Assembly: GCA_903913645.1 (NCBI GenBank)
Contig: CAIWMA010000393.1
Span: 10,420-74,419 of the forward strand
Direction: 5' to 3'
Source: an uncultured Bacteroidales bacterium
Lineage (GTDB): Bacteria; Bacteroidota; Bacteroidia; Bacteroidales; UBA4417
Length of the DNA: 64,000 nucleotides
Position 1 is the stretch's first letter. The number at the start of each line of letters is the position of its first letter. The position numbers and the translations under genes are program-made. The notes under the pieces are model-generated. The model was given only the letters and a program-made list of their open reading frames with translations. It did not search any database and was not told the DNA's origin. Shown piece after piece: positions 27,690 to 37,634 of the stretch.

Positions 27690-29093
27690 CTATTTGAATT
27701 TAATCTTCTTGGCTGCAAAAGCACTCATTTTTATCAGCAACCACCCGTGACTAAAACGATTTATCTGGGTACTTCCATATTCGCGATCGCGGTACCGGAT
27801 AATTATTTCAGTAATTTTCAGGTTAAGTTTGGCAGCACCAAATATCAGGTCGAAATCACCAAAAGGGTCGAAGTCTCCGAAATAATGGCGATTACGGGTA
27901 ATCTGGTCATAATCCTTTTTGTAAAGTACTTTGGTGCCACAAAGCGTATCTTTCAGCCGTTGTCCCAGCAAATAAGTGAAAAACATTCCGAAAAATTTGT
28001 TTCCCAGAAGGTTCAGGAAACGCATGGCATTTTTGTCCATTGGATAAACCAACCGGCTACCGTTAATAAATTCACCTTTATTGTAGCGTAAAGCATCATA
28101 AAATTTCGGCAACTCTTCAGGCGGCATAGTAAGATCTGCATCCAGTATCATTAAAATTTCTCCTTTGGCAGCTTCAAAAGCTTCTCGAACGGCATTTCCT
28201 TTTCCTTTGCCGCTTTGCCTGAGTACTTTAATATCTTTATCAGGATACGCTGCTTTTACGCGATGCATCTCTTCCAATGTATTATCTGATGAATGGCCTT
28301 CGATAAAAACAAACTCCTGATGTGTTCCAAATGCAGGAGTTCGTTTTACAGCATTTTCAATATTCCCTTTTTCGTTACGGGCAGGCACCACAATGGAAAC
28401 ACTGTATTGCTGATTGTCGCTTAATAAGGGCCTTGCGATAATAAGATTAACCAGGTCGAGACGATTGAATATTGGTAGGTTGGCCAGAAATTTGTTAAAT
28501 ATGAGATTAATGATCGGGATATATTTTGGAAACATCAGTTTCCTTTCAATCTTAATCACCTGGTATCCTTCCAGTTCCAGCAAATTGCATGTATCTCCAT
28601 TCGAAAACCAGTTTTGTGCCGGCTGTTTGAGTTTTAGGCTGAAAAATTCACCTGACCGCAAAATAGGTTCCCACACATAATTGTATTGCGAAATTACAAT
28701 CCGCGTCTGGGCATGACAAAGTTTCTTCAGATTATGAAATGCCGTCTGAACATCCCACAAACAATTGGTGAGGTCGGAAAGTATAATATAATCGAATATA
28801 TCGTTTAACTGGAGTTCTTCAACATCATCAACTTTGAAAATCAGATCAGGATACCGTTGGCTGGCAGTTTCGATGTGTGCAGGCGCAAAATCGATGCCTA
28901 CACCGTATAATGGTTTAGTGGTATTCAGTAAATTACCGTTCCCACAGCCGATTTCAAGCACTCTTTTACCTTCCGGAATAATTGACGCAATATATCCTTC
29001 AAGTGATTTGTGGTAAAACCGGTTCATCTTCTCCCATTTACTCCTCGAAGCGGCAGTTTTTACATAAAAGTTCCTGATATCTTCTTTCTTCAT
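27690..29093 (-). CDS. fusion protein: class I SAM-dependent methyltransferase + family 2 glycosyltransferase (polyprenyl-phosphate sugar synthase-like)
   Basis: The track ORF starts at TTG 29126; the first ATG is at 29093 (MKKEDIRNFY). N-terminal half VLEIGCGNGNLL (SAM motif I). C-terminal half SIVVPARNEKGNIE..ILMILDADLT..NGSR (GT2 DxD architecture). Confidence 0.7.
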   Translation of the reverse strand: MKKEDIRNFYVKTAASRSKWEKMNRFYHKSLEGYIASIIPEGKRVLEIGCGNGNLLNTTKPLYGVGIDFAPAHIETASQRYPDLIFKVDDVEELQLNDIFDYIILSDLTNCLWDVQTAFHNLKKLCHAQTRIVISQYNYVWEPILRSGEFFSLKLKQPAQNWFSNGDTCNLLELEGYQVIKIERKLMFPKYIPIINLIFNKFLANLPIFNRLDLVNLIIARPLLSDNQQYSVSIVVPARNEKGNIENAVKRTPAFGTHQEFVFIEGHSSDNTLEEMHRVKAAYPDKDIKVLRQSGKGKGNAVREAFEAAKGEILMILDADLTMPPEELPKFYDALRYNKGEFINGSRLVYPMDKNAMRFLNLLGNKFFGMFFTYLLGQRLKDTLCGTKVLYKKDYDQITRNRHYFGDFDPFGDFDLIFGAAKLNLKITEIIIRYRDREYGSTQINRFSHGWLLIKMSAFAAKKIKFK

Positions 29094-29377
29094 GCAAATG
29101 GATTCTAAATTGTAATAATTCAGCAAAACTACAAAAAGAAATTTGCATTATAGCTTGTTTACAATCTGATTGCTTAAGAATACCAGGCATTTTAAAATAC
29201 TGAAACCTGATTTTTGCACAAGCACATTAACTGTTTTTTTAAAAGAGTGAAATTATGATGGATCAAAATCATGAAAAGTCTAATAATTTATTGATTTGCC
29301 AGACCTGACATTTTAGTTTCGGGAAAAAATCGGATATTTGTAATTCTGAAGCACTTTTATTCCTATAGAGTTTAATT

Positions 29378-31387
29378 ATGGCAAAAATTACCACAAATCC
29401 ACAAAATCAGAAAGTTGTTTCTTCCAGTGGCAGGAAACCAATACCCACCCAGGAATCAAAAGATTTATTACGATCGATAGATGCATTTCTTGATCCGCGG
29501 CTTGCATGGCTAATCTGGGTAATTTTAGGAATAACGTTTTTTTTTAGTTTATTACTTTTTGATTCCCGCGTCAGTTTATCGGGTGATGATTCATTTTATA
29601 TAATCCGAGCTTCAGATTTTATTCATTCATTTAAATATCCTGCTTTCCAGGGTCCGTTGTACCCAATTGTACTATCGGTATTTGTTGCCATTTTTGGTAT
29701 CAGCCTGGTACCACTTAAAGTTTTGTCATTGCTTTTCGTTTTAGGTTTTATATACCTTTTCTTTATAGCCTTTCGTTCGAGGATACCTTCTACATTGCTT
29801 GTTATCAGCTTATTGGCAATGAGTTTTAACTCTTTTGTTTTGTATTATGCAAGCCAAACCTACAACGAAGCATTTTACCTTTTCATGCAGATTGTTTTGG
29901 TGTTGGTTTTCTTTCGCAGTTTTATTGATACCGAACAGGAAGTTACCCTTAAATTGGATTTGAAACGACATGCATTACTGGCAGTAAGTTTGTTGGCTCT
30001 TGCACTGACTAAAAATGCAGGATATTCAGCTGTTATTGCGGTTCTTGGCTATTTTTTGTTGCAGGGTCAATGGAAAAATATTTTCTACTCTATAGCAGCT
30101 TTTGGAGTTGTAATGATTGTATTTCAGGGAGTTAAATATTTGCTTTGGAGCGATGGCGGCTTGCAGTTTTCATCACAGGGATCCAGTTTGATGAATAAAG
30201 ATTATTACAATCCGCAGGCAGGTAAAGAAGAGTTTAGCGGATTCGTTACCAGGTTGATTGATAACTCTAACCTGTACCTTTCAAAACATTTTATGTCAAT
30301 GCTTGGATTCAGGAAAATTGTTCCGGCTATGAGTGTAAGCTCTTTGGTGTCTGTTTTGATTTATATGCTTTCAATAGGTTCATTGGTTATAACTTTTAAA
30401 AAGAACAAATACCTTTTCTTCACCGGTTTGCTGACAGGTTCGTTTCTTTTGATCTCTTTTTTAATTTTGCAAACCAAATGGGATCAGAATCGTTTGATAG
30501 TCCCGGCTATCCCCTTGTTATTGTTAGTGATAAGCTCTTTTTTGTATTATATTTCGAGCAATAAAAACTATAAATTCCTGCAAGCAGCTGTGCCTGTCCT
30601 CGCACTATATATTCTCTTTCAAAGCCTTGCAGTAACTGCAGGAAGTGTAAAAGCAAATCAACAAATCAGCGGGAAATATGGCGGTCTTACTCCTGACTGG
30701 AAGAATTATCTCAAGGCAAGCGAATGGGCAGCTACAAATCTCCCCAAAGAGGCAGTAATTGCCTGCCGCAAGCCTTCAATATCTTTTGTTTACGGAAAAG
30801 GACGCAACTTCTATGGGATTATGCAATTGCCAGCCTACAGTACCGATATTTTCCTGAAGAACTGGACAAATGAGGATTCAACGTATGTGATGTTCAATTA
30901 TGCTGATTTTGGCGGGAAACAACTCAAACCGGAATTATTCTCTATGCTGAAAGAAAACATGGTAGCCATGCTTTTTGTGGGTGATACAGTTTTCTTTGCT
31001 GACAAGGTTAACAAAAGTAATAGGAATGTTTTCTTTAACGGGATCAATTCTGCAGGTTTTAACTATATTTCGACCGCAGGTACTTTGAAATCTATCCTCA
31101 ATGAAGGTAAGCTTGTAAAATTGTATTATCCTGATTCCTTGCTAATCTCATTGCAAAATGCAGGTGTAACCCATATTCTCACAGCAAACCTGAGGCGGAA
31201 CTCAACACAGAAAGATGGATTTATTATTAATACGGTTGAGCGCTATATGGCATTTATCCAGGAGAAGTATCCGACGATTTTTACAAAAATATCACAGGTT
31301 GGTGATGATAATAATGAACCTGCGACTATCGTAAAGATTGAATATGAAAAATATGGTCGTTCGGTTAAAACTCCGGCTTCAAAGTAG
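29378..31387 (+). CDS. polytopic membrane protein, GT-C (ArnT/PMT, GT39-like) glycosyltransferase candidate
   Basis: 669 aa. About 12 hydrophobic segments over the first ~430 aa, an early loop SGDDSFY (DxD-like), and a soluble C-terminal ~230 aa. It is divergent from the MT-GT2 gene, a common GT2 + GT-C pairing. Confidence 0.45.
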   Translation: MAKITTNPQNQKVVSSSGRKPIPTQESKDLLRSIDAFLDPRLAWLIWVILGITFFFSLLLFDSRVSLSGDDSFYIIRASDFIHSFKYPAFQGPLYPIVLSVFVAIFGISLVPLKVLSLLFVLGFIYLFFIAFRSRIPSTLLVISLLAMSFNSFVLYYASQTYNEAFYLFMQIVLVLVFFRSFIDTEQEVTLKLDLKRHALLAVSLLALALTKNAGYSAVIAVLGYFLLQGQWKNIFYSIAAFGVVMIVFQGVKYLLWSDGGLQFSSQGSSLMNKDYYNPQAGKEEFSGFVTRLIDNSNLYLSKHFMSMLGFRKIVPAMSVSSLVSVLIYMLSIGSLVITFKKNKYLFFTGLLTGSFLLISFLILQTKWDQNRLIVPAIPLLLLVISSFLYYISSNKNYKFLQAAVPVLALYILFQSLAVTAGSVKANQQISGKYGGLTPDWKNYLKASEWAATNLPKEAVIACRKPSISFVYGKGRNFYGIMQLPAYSTDIFLKNWTNEDSTYVMFNYADFGGKQLKPELFSMLKENMVAMLFVGDTVFFADKVNKSNRNVFFNGINSAGFNYISTAGTLKSILNEGKLVKLYYPDSLLISLQNAGVTHILTANLRRNSTQKDGFIINTVERYMAFIQEKYPTIFTKISQVGDDNNEPATIVKIEYEKYGRSVKTPASK

Positions 31388-31492
31388 GAAATAACTGTAA
31401 GGCATTATTAGTACTTATAAAACTGTAGACATCTGCCTGTTTTCTTCTGCAATCAGGTTTTATAGGTACGATGTTTAATCGCTTTTCTAAAT

Positions 31493-33328
31493 CTATTTAT
31501 TTTTATTGAATACATCCATATATACTGATTGAAGATACGCTTTACCTTGCATTTCATTCATACTGTCAGCTTTTTGTGCTGGTTCAATATAGGAATTAGT
31601 TATAGTATTGAATACTTTTAAATAGCCGGGCTTTTGAAATCCGAAACCGCCAGTAAAAGTGAAAAATGAATAGGGAATATAACTGGATGTTACTATGTTT
31701 TTGCTGAATTTAAAATCATCTGACTTTAACTGAAGCTGCGCCAGTAAAGTAGCTGCCAGGTCGGTCTGTGAAGCGAGATTACTGATTACTGTATCGTGAA
31801 CATTAAGTGCACCACCCAGCCAGATCATTGGAATATGATACCTGTTTTTATCAGAATTTTCAGAATTCCCGGGCCGGGTGCTGCCATGATCGGCTATAAT
31901 GATAATCAATGTATTATCCCACCATTTCCGGGTTTTTGCAGTCTTAATGAAATTCCCTATGGAAGCATCGGTATAATGCAATGAATTGAGGTACTTTGAG
32001 TCATCGTCGTCGCCTGCTATCACTTTAGCTACAGGTGTTTCGAACGGTTCGTGACTGGTAAGGGTGAGTATTGTTTTAAAGAATTTTGTATCAGAATCGG
32101 GAGAGGCAGCAAGGCATTTGTTGAAAACAACATGGTCAAAAGCACCCCATTTCGATTTCAGGTCAGAGGCTAGAAAATCCTTATCCGACACCATTTTATC
32201 ATAACCCGCCTGAACCAGGAATGACAGGTAGTTTGCAAACTGCAAGGTGCCACCATAATAAAATTCACTTCTGTAACCAGCTGCATTCAGCTTTTGGGGA
32301 AGAAAGGCCAGCTTCTCAGTTAATTTCGGGTATTTCAAAGGACTGGAACCTGGTAAGGACGGGTATCCGGCTAAAACAGCTGCAATTCCTTTGTCGGTGC
32401 GGTCGGAAGCAGCATAAACCTGGTCGAAAAGTACACCTTCCTTCACCAGTTTATTCAACTCAGGCATTATACCCGGTTGTCCCCCGGTGGCTTCAAGTGC
32501 TTTGGCCGTTAGACTTTCGGTAATGAAAAGTATAATATTCGGACGATTATTTTTTAACAGAATATGAGTTGTTCCTTCACTGGCTTTAAGCGACGCAAGT
32601 AGTTTATTTACTTCTTCTTCACTGTAATACAAATACTTGTGGTGAAGGTCGCCCGATTCGCTGATCGAAAATCCAACATTCCAGATCGGGTTAATCGCAG
32701 CATGATTCGCAAATTGCTTTTGCGAGAAATAAGCAGAACTTGTTGAAAGGCTTGCGATCCCGATTCCTCCCCGTAAAACCACAATCAACAAAAGAGTAAG
32801 CGGCAGCAAGGCGAAAACTGAACTATTGTTTTTTTGTAACGAACCAAGTCGAGGATTAAATATTTTGTAATAAAGGAAATACACTAATCCGGAAATCAAG
32901 AAAACCCCAAGTGTTTCTCCTATTACGGTAAATATGCTGACACTTGCCGTCATAGCTTTAAGGTTCGTCATATAAAAGAGCGGTGTAGCATCAATCCTGA
33001 ATCCCCAATACCTGTACATGAAAAGGTCTCCCAAAATAATTATTGTACAACAAAGGAGAACAATTGCCGTATATCCGTGGTAAAAATATTTTATAGACCG
33101 GCTTTTGAAAAACGTCGTAAACGTCAGTAATAAAGAAGGTATAAAAACTAAATAAGCAGAAATAGCAATATCAAGCTTAAATCCATAGATGAATGTATTA
33201 ACTATTTCCAGGAAGGTTAATTGTGACGATTTGTCGAAATAGGTTAAGAGAAAAGTCGCTCTAACAACCACAAAAAGCAAATACCAGGATACCAGGTAAA
33301 GTAAAAATATGGAAATTCGTTTCTTCAT
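31493..33328 (-). CDS. LTA-synthase-family sulfatase-fold membrane protein (phosphoglycerol/phosphoethanolamine-transferase-like)
   Basis: 611 aa. Five N-terminal TM segments, then an alkaline-phosphatase-superfamily domain (ILFITESLTAK, TLTSHEPF, IIIADHGS). Confidence 0.7.
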   Translation of the reverse strand: MKKRISIFLLYLVSWYLLFVVVRATFLLTYFDKSSQLTFLEIVNTFIYGFKLDIAISAYLVFIPSLLLTFTTFFKSRSIKYFYHGYTAIVLLCCTIIILGDLFMYRYWGFRIDATPLFYMTNLKAMTASVSIFTVIGETLGVFLISGLVYFLYYKIFNPRLGSLQKNNSSVFALLPLTLLLIVVLRGGIGIASLSTSSAYFSQKQFANHAAINPIWNVGFSISESGDLHHKYLYYSEEEVNKLLASLKASEGTTHILLKNNRPNIILFITESLTAKALEATGGQPGIMPELNKLVKEGVLFDQVYAASDRTDKGIAAVLAGYPSLPGSSPLKYPKLTEKLAFLPQKLNAAGYRSEFYYGGTLQFANYLSFLVQAGYDKMVSDKDFLASDLKSKWGAFDHVVFNKCLAASPDSDTKFFKTILTLTSHEPFETPVAKVIAGDDDDSKYLNSLHYTDASIGNFIKTAKTRKWWDNTLIIIIADHGSTRPGNSENSDKNRYHIPMIWLGGALNVHDTVISNLASQTDLAATLLAQLQLKSDDFKFSKNIVTSSYIPYSFFTFTGGFGFQKPGYLKVFNTITNSYIEPAQKADSMNEMQGKAYLQSVYMDVFNKNK

Positions 33329-33462
33329 ACGTTGGAAATGGAAGCGTAGCCTGCAAAATTGATGAAAATAACAAGACTAGCTGTATAATTACAATAATTT
33401 ATAATAACTTGGCGTATTCAAAATTGTTTTATTCCGGGCAATTTTTAACAACTACAAATCAG

Positions 33463-34017
33463 ATGTTATTAAATGAATACAACTTCCGTGAACTTTTACT
33501 GAAAGGGAATTCCCGTTCTTACACTGATTTTGTTGCTGATATTGTTTCAAAGCGACATGAATTGGTGGGTGAACTATGGGAAATATATCTTGCCATGGAA
33601 GAGCCCGTGTCGCGCCGTGCAGCATGGATTATTGATACCGCGTCGGAAAATAAACCCGGCTGGGTTGAGCCATTTTTGCCTCTGTTAATCGATAAACTTC
33701 CTGAATTTAACCACGACGGGCTGAAACGTCATGCTTTACGTATGATTGCCCGTTTGCCTTTTCCTGCGAATTGTGAAGGTGAACTCCTGAATATTGCATT
33801 CGAATGGTTGATATCTATAACAGAAAGTGTTGCTGTTAAAATGTATTGCATACAGATTTTGTACCGTCTCTCAGCAACAGAGCCTGATATTTTGCAGGAA
33901 TTATATGATACCATTGAATTCCAGATAGCGGATGGAACGCCTGGATTTAAAAGTATTGGCGGCAAAATGATGCGCCAGATTGATCAGGATATTATGAAAC
34001 GGAAAATGGTTAAGTGA
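33463..34017 (+). CDS. hypothetical protein (helical repeat-like)
   Basis: The track ORF starts at TTG 33409; the first ATG is at 33463 (MLLNEYNFREL). No signal peptide and no motif I recognise. Confidence 0.45.
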   Translation: MLLNEYNFRELLLKGNSRSYTDFVADIVSKRHELVGELWEIYLAMEEPVSRRAAWIIDTASENKPGWVEPFLPLLIDKLPEFNHDGLKRHALRMIARLPFPANCEGELLNIAFEWLISITESVAVKMYCIQILYRLSATEPDILQELYDTIEFQIADGTPGFKSIGGKMMRQIDQDIMKRKMVK

Positions 34018-34103
34018 TGTCGGATTTCAGATTTTAGATGTTGGATGATTGATTTTAATACCGAATACCCAGCACCTGATTCCTAAGCTCTTGCAACTCC
34101 CAC

Positions 34104-34733
34104 CTACCTCATATCATTAATTTCCACTCCCGGATGTTCTGCTTTATTAAAAGAGAAAACATTATCGGCAATGGGCTGGTCTGCGATAAATTTATCAACG
34201 ATATACGAAAAAGTACTGCCGTTCCGGTCGTAAATTACGAATTTGCTGATTTGTTTTTTGCTCTTGTCAATTGTTAGCTGAACTTTAGTAAATGTTTTTC
34301 CTTTTTTCAAGGGATATAGTTCAATTACCTGGTCATTTCCTTTTTCTTCTATAAATTTTGATTTATAGTCTTTGCCGTAGCCACTAAGCAATTTTGTCGG
34401 GGTAAATGAGTCCTCATCTTCGCCGGCATTATTTATCTGAACTTCTTTGGCTTCCTTGAGGTAAGTCCACATTGTTTTACCATCACTAATCACATCCTGA
34501 CCCGCAGCACTAAGTTTGTATTTGTCGCCTTTGGAAAGTAGTGAACCTTTGAATTTATCATGGATTTTTTCCTTAACATTATCCATCGCATAAGTGAACT
34601 CAATTTTAATAGTTTTATACAACTTTGTTTTAACTGAGACTTCGTCGAGTATGGCAGTAGCTTTTTTGTCATTTTGGGCAAAGCCTGAAAAGGTAAAAAC
34701 TACCAATACGGCAATCATTAAAAGGTTTTTCAT
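34104..34733 (-). CDS. lolA: outer-membrane lipoprotein carrier protein LolA-like
   Basis: 209 aa with a signal peptide. ATAILDEVSVKTKLYKTIKIEFTY..KGSLLSKGDKYKL..DGKTMWTY is a typical LolA-like pattern, and the position immediately downstream of ftsK is conserved. Confidence 0.65.
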   Translation of the reverse strand: MKNLLMIAVLVVFTFSGFAQNDKKATAILDEVSVKTKLYKTIKIEFTYAMDNVKEKIHDKFKGSLLSKGDKYKLSAAGQDVISDGKTMWTYLKEAKEVQINNAGEDEDSFTPTKLLSGYGKDYKSKFIEEKGNDQVIELYPLKKGKTFTKVQLTIDKSKKQISKFVIYDRNGSTFSYIVDKFIADQPIADNVFSFNKAEHPGVEINDMR

Positions 34734-34750
34734 TTTATAGAATTATTAAT

Positions 34751-37453
34751 TTAGTATTCTTCTTGCTTTCTATTGCTATTAAGGTCTTTCAAAAATTGTT
34801 CCAAAGCGAATTCTGTTGCAACTTTAACTTCACGGGCTTTACTGCCTTCGAAAGGACCAACTATTCCTGCTGATTCCAGTTGATCGATAATACGGCCGGC
34901 ACGATTGTACCCCAGTTTGAGTTTTCGCTGCAAAAGTGAAGTGGAGCCTTGCTGTGTTGAAACTATGAGATAAGCTGCATCTTCAAAGAGTTCGTCACGT
35001 TCGCCAGGATCAAGTTCCTGTTGAATTTCTGACTCTTCTTCGTTAAATTCAGGTAAAGCATAAGCAGAAGGATAACCCCGCTGTGAACCAATGAATTCGG
35101 TGACACGTTCCACTTCATGCAAATCAATAAAAGCACACTGTAAACGGATCATATCGCCGCCCTGCGACATCAAAAGATCACCGCGTCCGATCAACTGATC
35201 AGCTCCACCGGTATCCAGAATAGTACGGGAATCGATTTTGGAAATAACCCTGAAAGCTATACGTGCCGGGAAATTGGCTTTAATTGTACCAGTAATGATG
35301 TTAACGCTCGGACGCTGGGTTGCAATAACAAGGTGAATGCCGATAGCACGCGCAAGCTGAGCAAGTCTTGTGATAGGATGTTCAACCTCTTTACCGGCTG
35401 TAAGAATCAGGTCGGCAAACTCATCAATAACTAAAACAATGTACGGCATAAACCGGTGCCCGTTGAGCGGATTCAACTTCCGGGCAATAAACTTGGTGTT
35501 GTACTCTTTAATATTGCGGACCTGGGCATCTTTCAGCAGGTCGTAACGGTTATCCATCTCAATATTGAGTGAATTAAGTGTTCTTACTACTTTCCGTGTA
35601 TCCGTTATAATAGCTTCTTCCGAATCGGGTAGCTTAGCCAGGTAATGACGTTCAATTTTCGAAAACAAAGTCAACTCAACCTTTTTAGGGTCAACCATCA
35701 CAAATTTGAGCTCCGACGGATGTTTTCTGTAAAGCAATGATGTGATAATTGCATTGAGACCAACAGATTTTCCCTGCCCGGTTGCGCCAGCCATTAGTAT
35801 GTGCGGCATTTTGGTGAGATCGGCAATAAATTCCTCATTTTGTATCGTCTTGCCTATTGCAAAAGGAAGTTCATAATGATTGCTTTTGAATTTCTCTGAA
35901 GCAATCAGCGATTTCATTCCAACAATGGCAGGATTCTGATTAGGAACTTCAATACCGATGGTGCCTTTTCCAGGAATTGGGGCAATAATACGAATTCCAA
36001 GTGCTGAAAGACTCAACGCTATATCATCTTCAAGATTTTTAATTTTTGAAATGCGTACACCAGGAGCTGGAATAATCTCATAGAGTGTTACTGTCGGACC
36101 TATAGTCGCCTTTATCTTGTCGATTTGAATGCCATAGTTTCCAAGCGTTGAAACAATACGGTTTTTGTTGGCTTCAAGTTCATCTTTTGTAACGCTTATT
36201 GTACCAACTCCATATTCATCAAGCAAATCAATACCCGGAAGCACAAAAGTAGCCAGGTCAAGATGTGGATCGTAAGCCGTATCCATTGTTTGATGCTCAA
36301 CATCAGAGTTTCCAGGTGTGTCAGTTACATTAACTAAGGGAGGCTTGACAGGTTGAGGCACCGGAGGAATTATTGTAAAGTCATTATCAGAAACTGCGGC
36401 CAGAATTTCGGGTATTTCGACCGTGAACTCAACTTGCGAATTTGGCTGTGGTTTTACTTTTGGAAAAGATACCGGCTCAAATGAGGTATTTGTTGCCTGC
36501 TCATTGCCAGTGGCTTTTTGTTGTTGGGTAGCTTGTTTGGTGTTACCTACAACCGTTTCAAAATCATTAACCGCAAATTCTACAGTATTGTATTTGTCAA
36601 CAGGTACATCCTGAGCATTTCGGGCATTTACGGTGAATTCCAGATCCTGGTTTAAGAGATACTCATCCAATCCTTCTGCAGATGCTTTTTTGCGATTTTC
36701 GATCCAGTGTTTTACCTGGTGAAGGGAGAAATTAAATACTATGACTAAAAATGCAACAAAAATGAATATTAATAGAAGCATTAAGCCCATTTTGCCCATC
36801 AGTTTATCGAGATAAATAGAGGATTCATAACCTGAAATGCCTCCTAGTATTGAAAGTGCAGAATCTCTGAATAAAAACCCTAAGGTAACTGATAACCATG
36901 CCATGGCTAAAAGAATGAATCCGAGGCTGGACCCAAGCGCAATAATCTTATGTTTAAGCGTAAGCCTAACTCCAAGTACAAATAACCAGATTGGAATAAA
37001 TAACGTTCCTATCCCAAAACCTTGTTTAACTAGTAAAATGGATGCAGCCGCACCCAAACGTCCACCAAGGTTATTGGCTTCCAGTGTTTTATCAGAGAAT
37101 ATTCTTGAAAAACCTACTCCAGAAAATATGTCGTCCGCATCGCCGGCAAACCAGTTGATCAGAAAAGAAATAATTGCAATAAAAACGAAAAATGACGTCA
37201 GCAGAGAAAAAATACCTACCACCTGCGATAGTTTTTCCATTCGCGATGTAAGTGGATTCAGATTTTCTTCCTGCTTCGTTTTTGACGGCTTGGCTTTTTT
37301 CTTTTCCTTAGGCTCAGGCGGAGCGTTTACCGGCTCATCCTGAAGCGTGTTTTTGGGAAGTGAATTCGAAGTGTATCGGGGCATTATTTCAGATAAGGTA
37401 AAATCGATAAGTGGCTTGGCGTTTTCTGTAAATTTATTGTTTTTACGTAACAC
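34751..37453 (-). CDS. ftsK: DNA translocase FtsK/SpoIIIE
   Basis: 900 aa (GTG start in the track; the exact start is uncertain). N-terminal TM segments, a Q/P-rich linker, motor domain MPHILMAGATGQGKSVGLN, VLVIDEFADL, ATQRPS, and a C-terminal gamma wHTH (STSLLQRKLKLGYNRAGRIIDQLE). Confidence 0.95.
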   Translation of the reverse strand: MLRKNNKFTENAKPLIDFTLSEIMPRYTSNSLPKNTLQDEPVNAPPEPKEKKKAKPSKTKQEENLNPLTSRMEKLSQVVGIFSLLTSFFVFIAIISFLINWFAGDADDIFSGVGFSRIFSDKTLEANNLGGRLGAAASILLVKQGFGIGTLFIPIWLFVLGVRLTLKHKIIALGSSLGFILLAMAWLSVTLGFLFRDSALSILGGISGYESSIYLDKLMGKMGLMLLLIFIFVAFLVIVFNFSLHQVKHWIENRKKASAEGLDEYLLNQDLEFTVNARNAQDVPVDKYNTVEFAVNDFETVVGNTKQATQQQKATGNEQATNTSFEPVSFPKVKPQPNSQVEFTVEIPEILAAVSDNDFTIIPPVPQPVKPPLVNVTDTPGNSDVEHQTMDTAYDPHLDLATFVLPGIDLLDEYGVGTISVTKDELEANKNRIVSTLGNYGIQIDKIKATIGPTVTLYEIIPAPGVRISKIKNLEDDIALSLSALGIRIIAPIPGKGTIGIEVPNQNPAIVGMKSLIASEKFKSNHYELPFAIGKTIQNEEFIADLTKMPHILMAGATGQGKSVGLNAIITSLLYRKHPSELKFVMVDPKKVELTLFSKIERHYLAKLPDSEEAIITDTRKVVRTLNSLNIEMDNRYDLLKDAQVRNIKEYNTKFIARKLNPLNGHRFMPYIVLVIDEFADLILTAGKEVEHPITRLAQLARAIGIHLVIATQRPSVNIITGTIKANFPARIAFRVISKIDSRTILDTGGADQLIGRGDLLMSQGGDMIRLQCAFIDLHEVERVTEFIGSQRGYPSAYALPEFNEEESEIQQELDPGERDELFEDAAYLIVSTQQGSTSLLQRKLKLGYNRAGRIIDQLESAGIVGPFEGSKAREVKVATEFALEQFLKDLNSNRKQEEY

Positions 37454-37634
37454 TATTACTGCAAAATTATGAATTTTTTAGTAAAGTAATGATGGACATT
37501 TTCTGTCAAAAAAACAGACCTTTTTCAGCTAACGAAAAAGATCTGTTTAAATTATAGGAATCTCATTTTATAAGTATCAAACAAGTCCCCTTATTTTAAA
37601 TATTTTCGGTGAAATATTAAGGATAATAAGTTTG

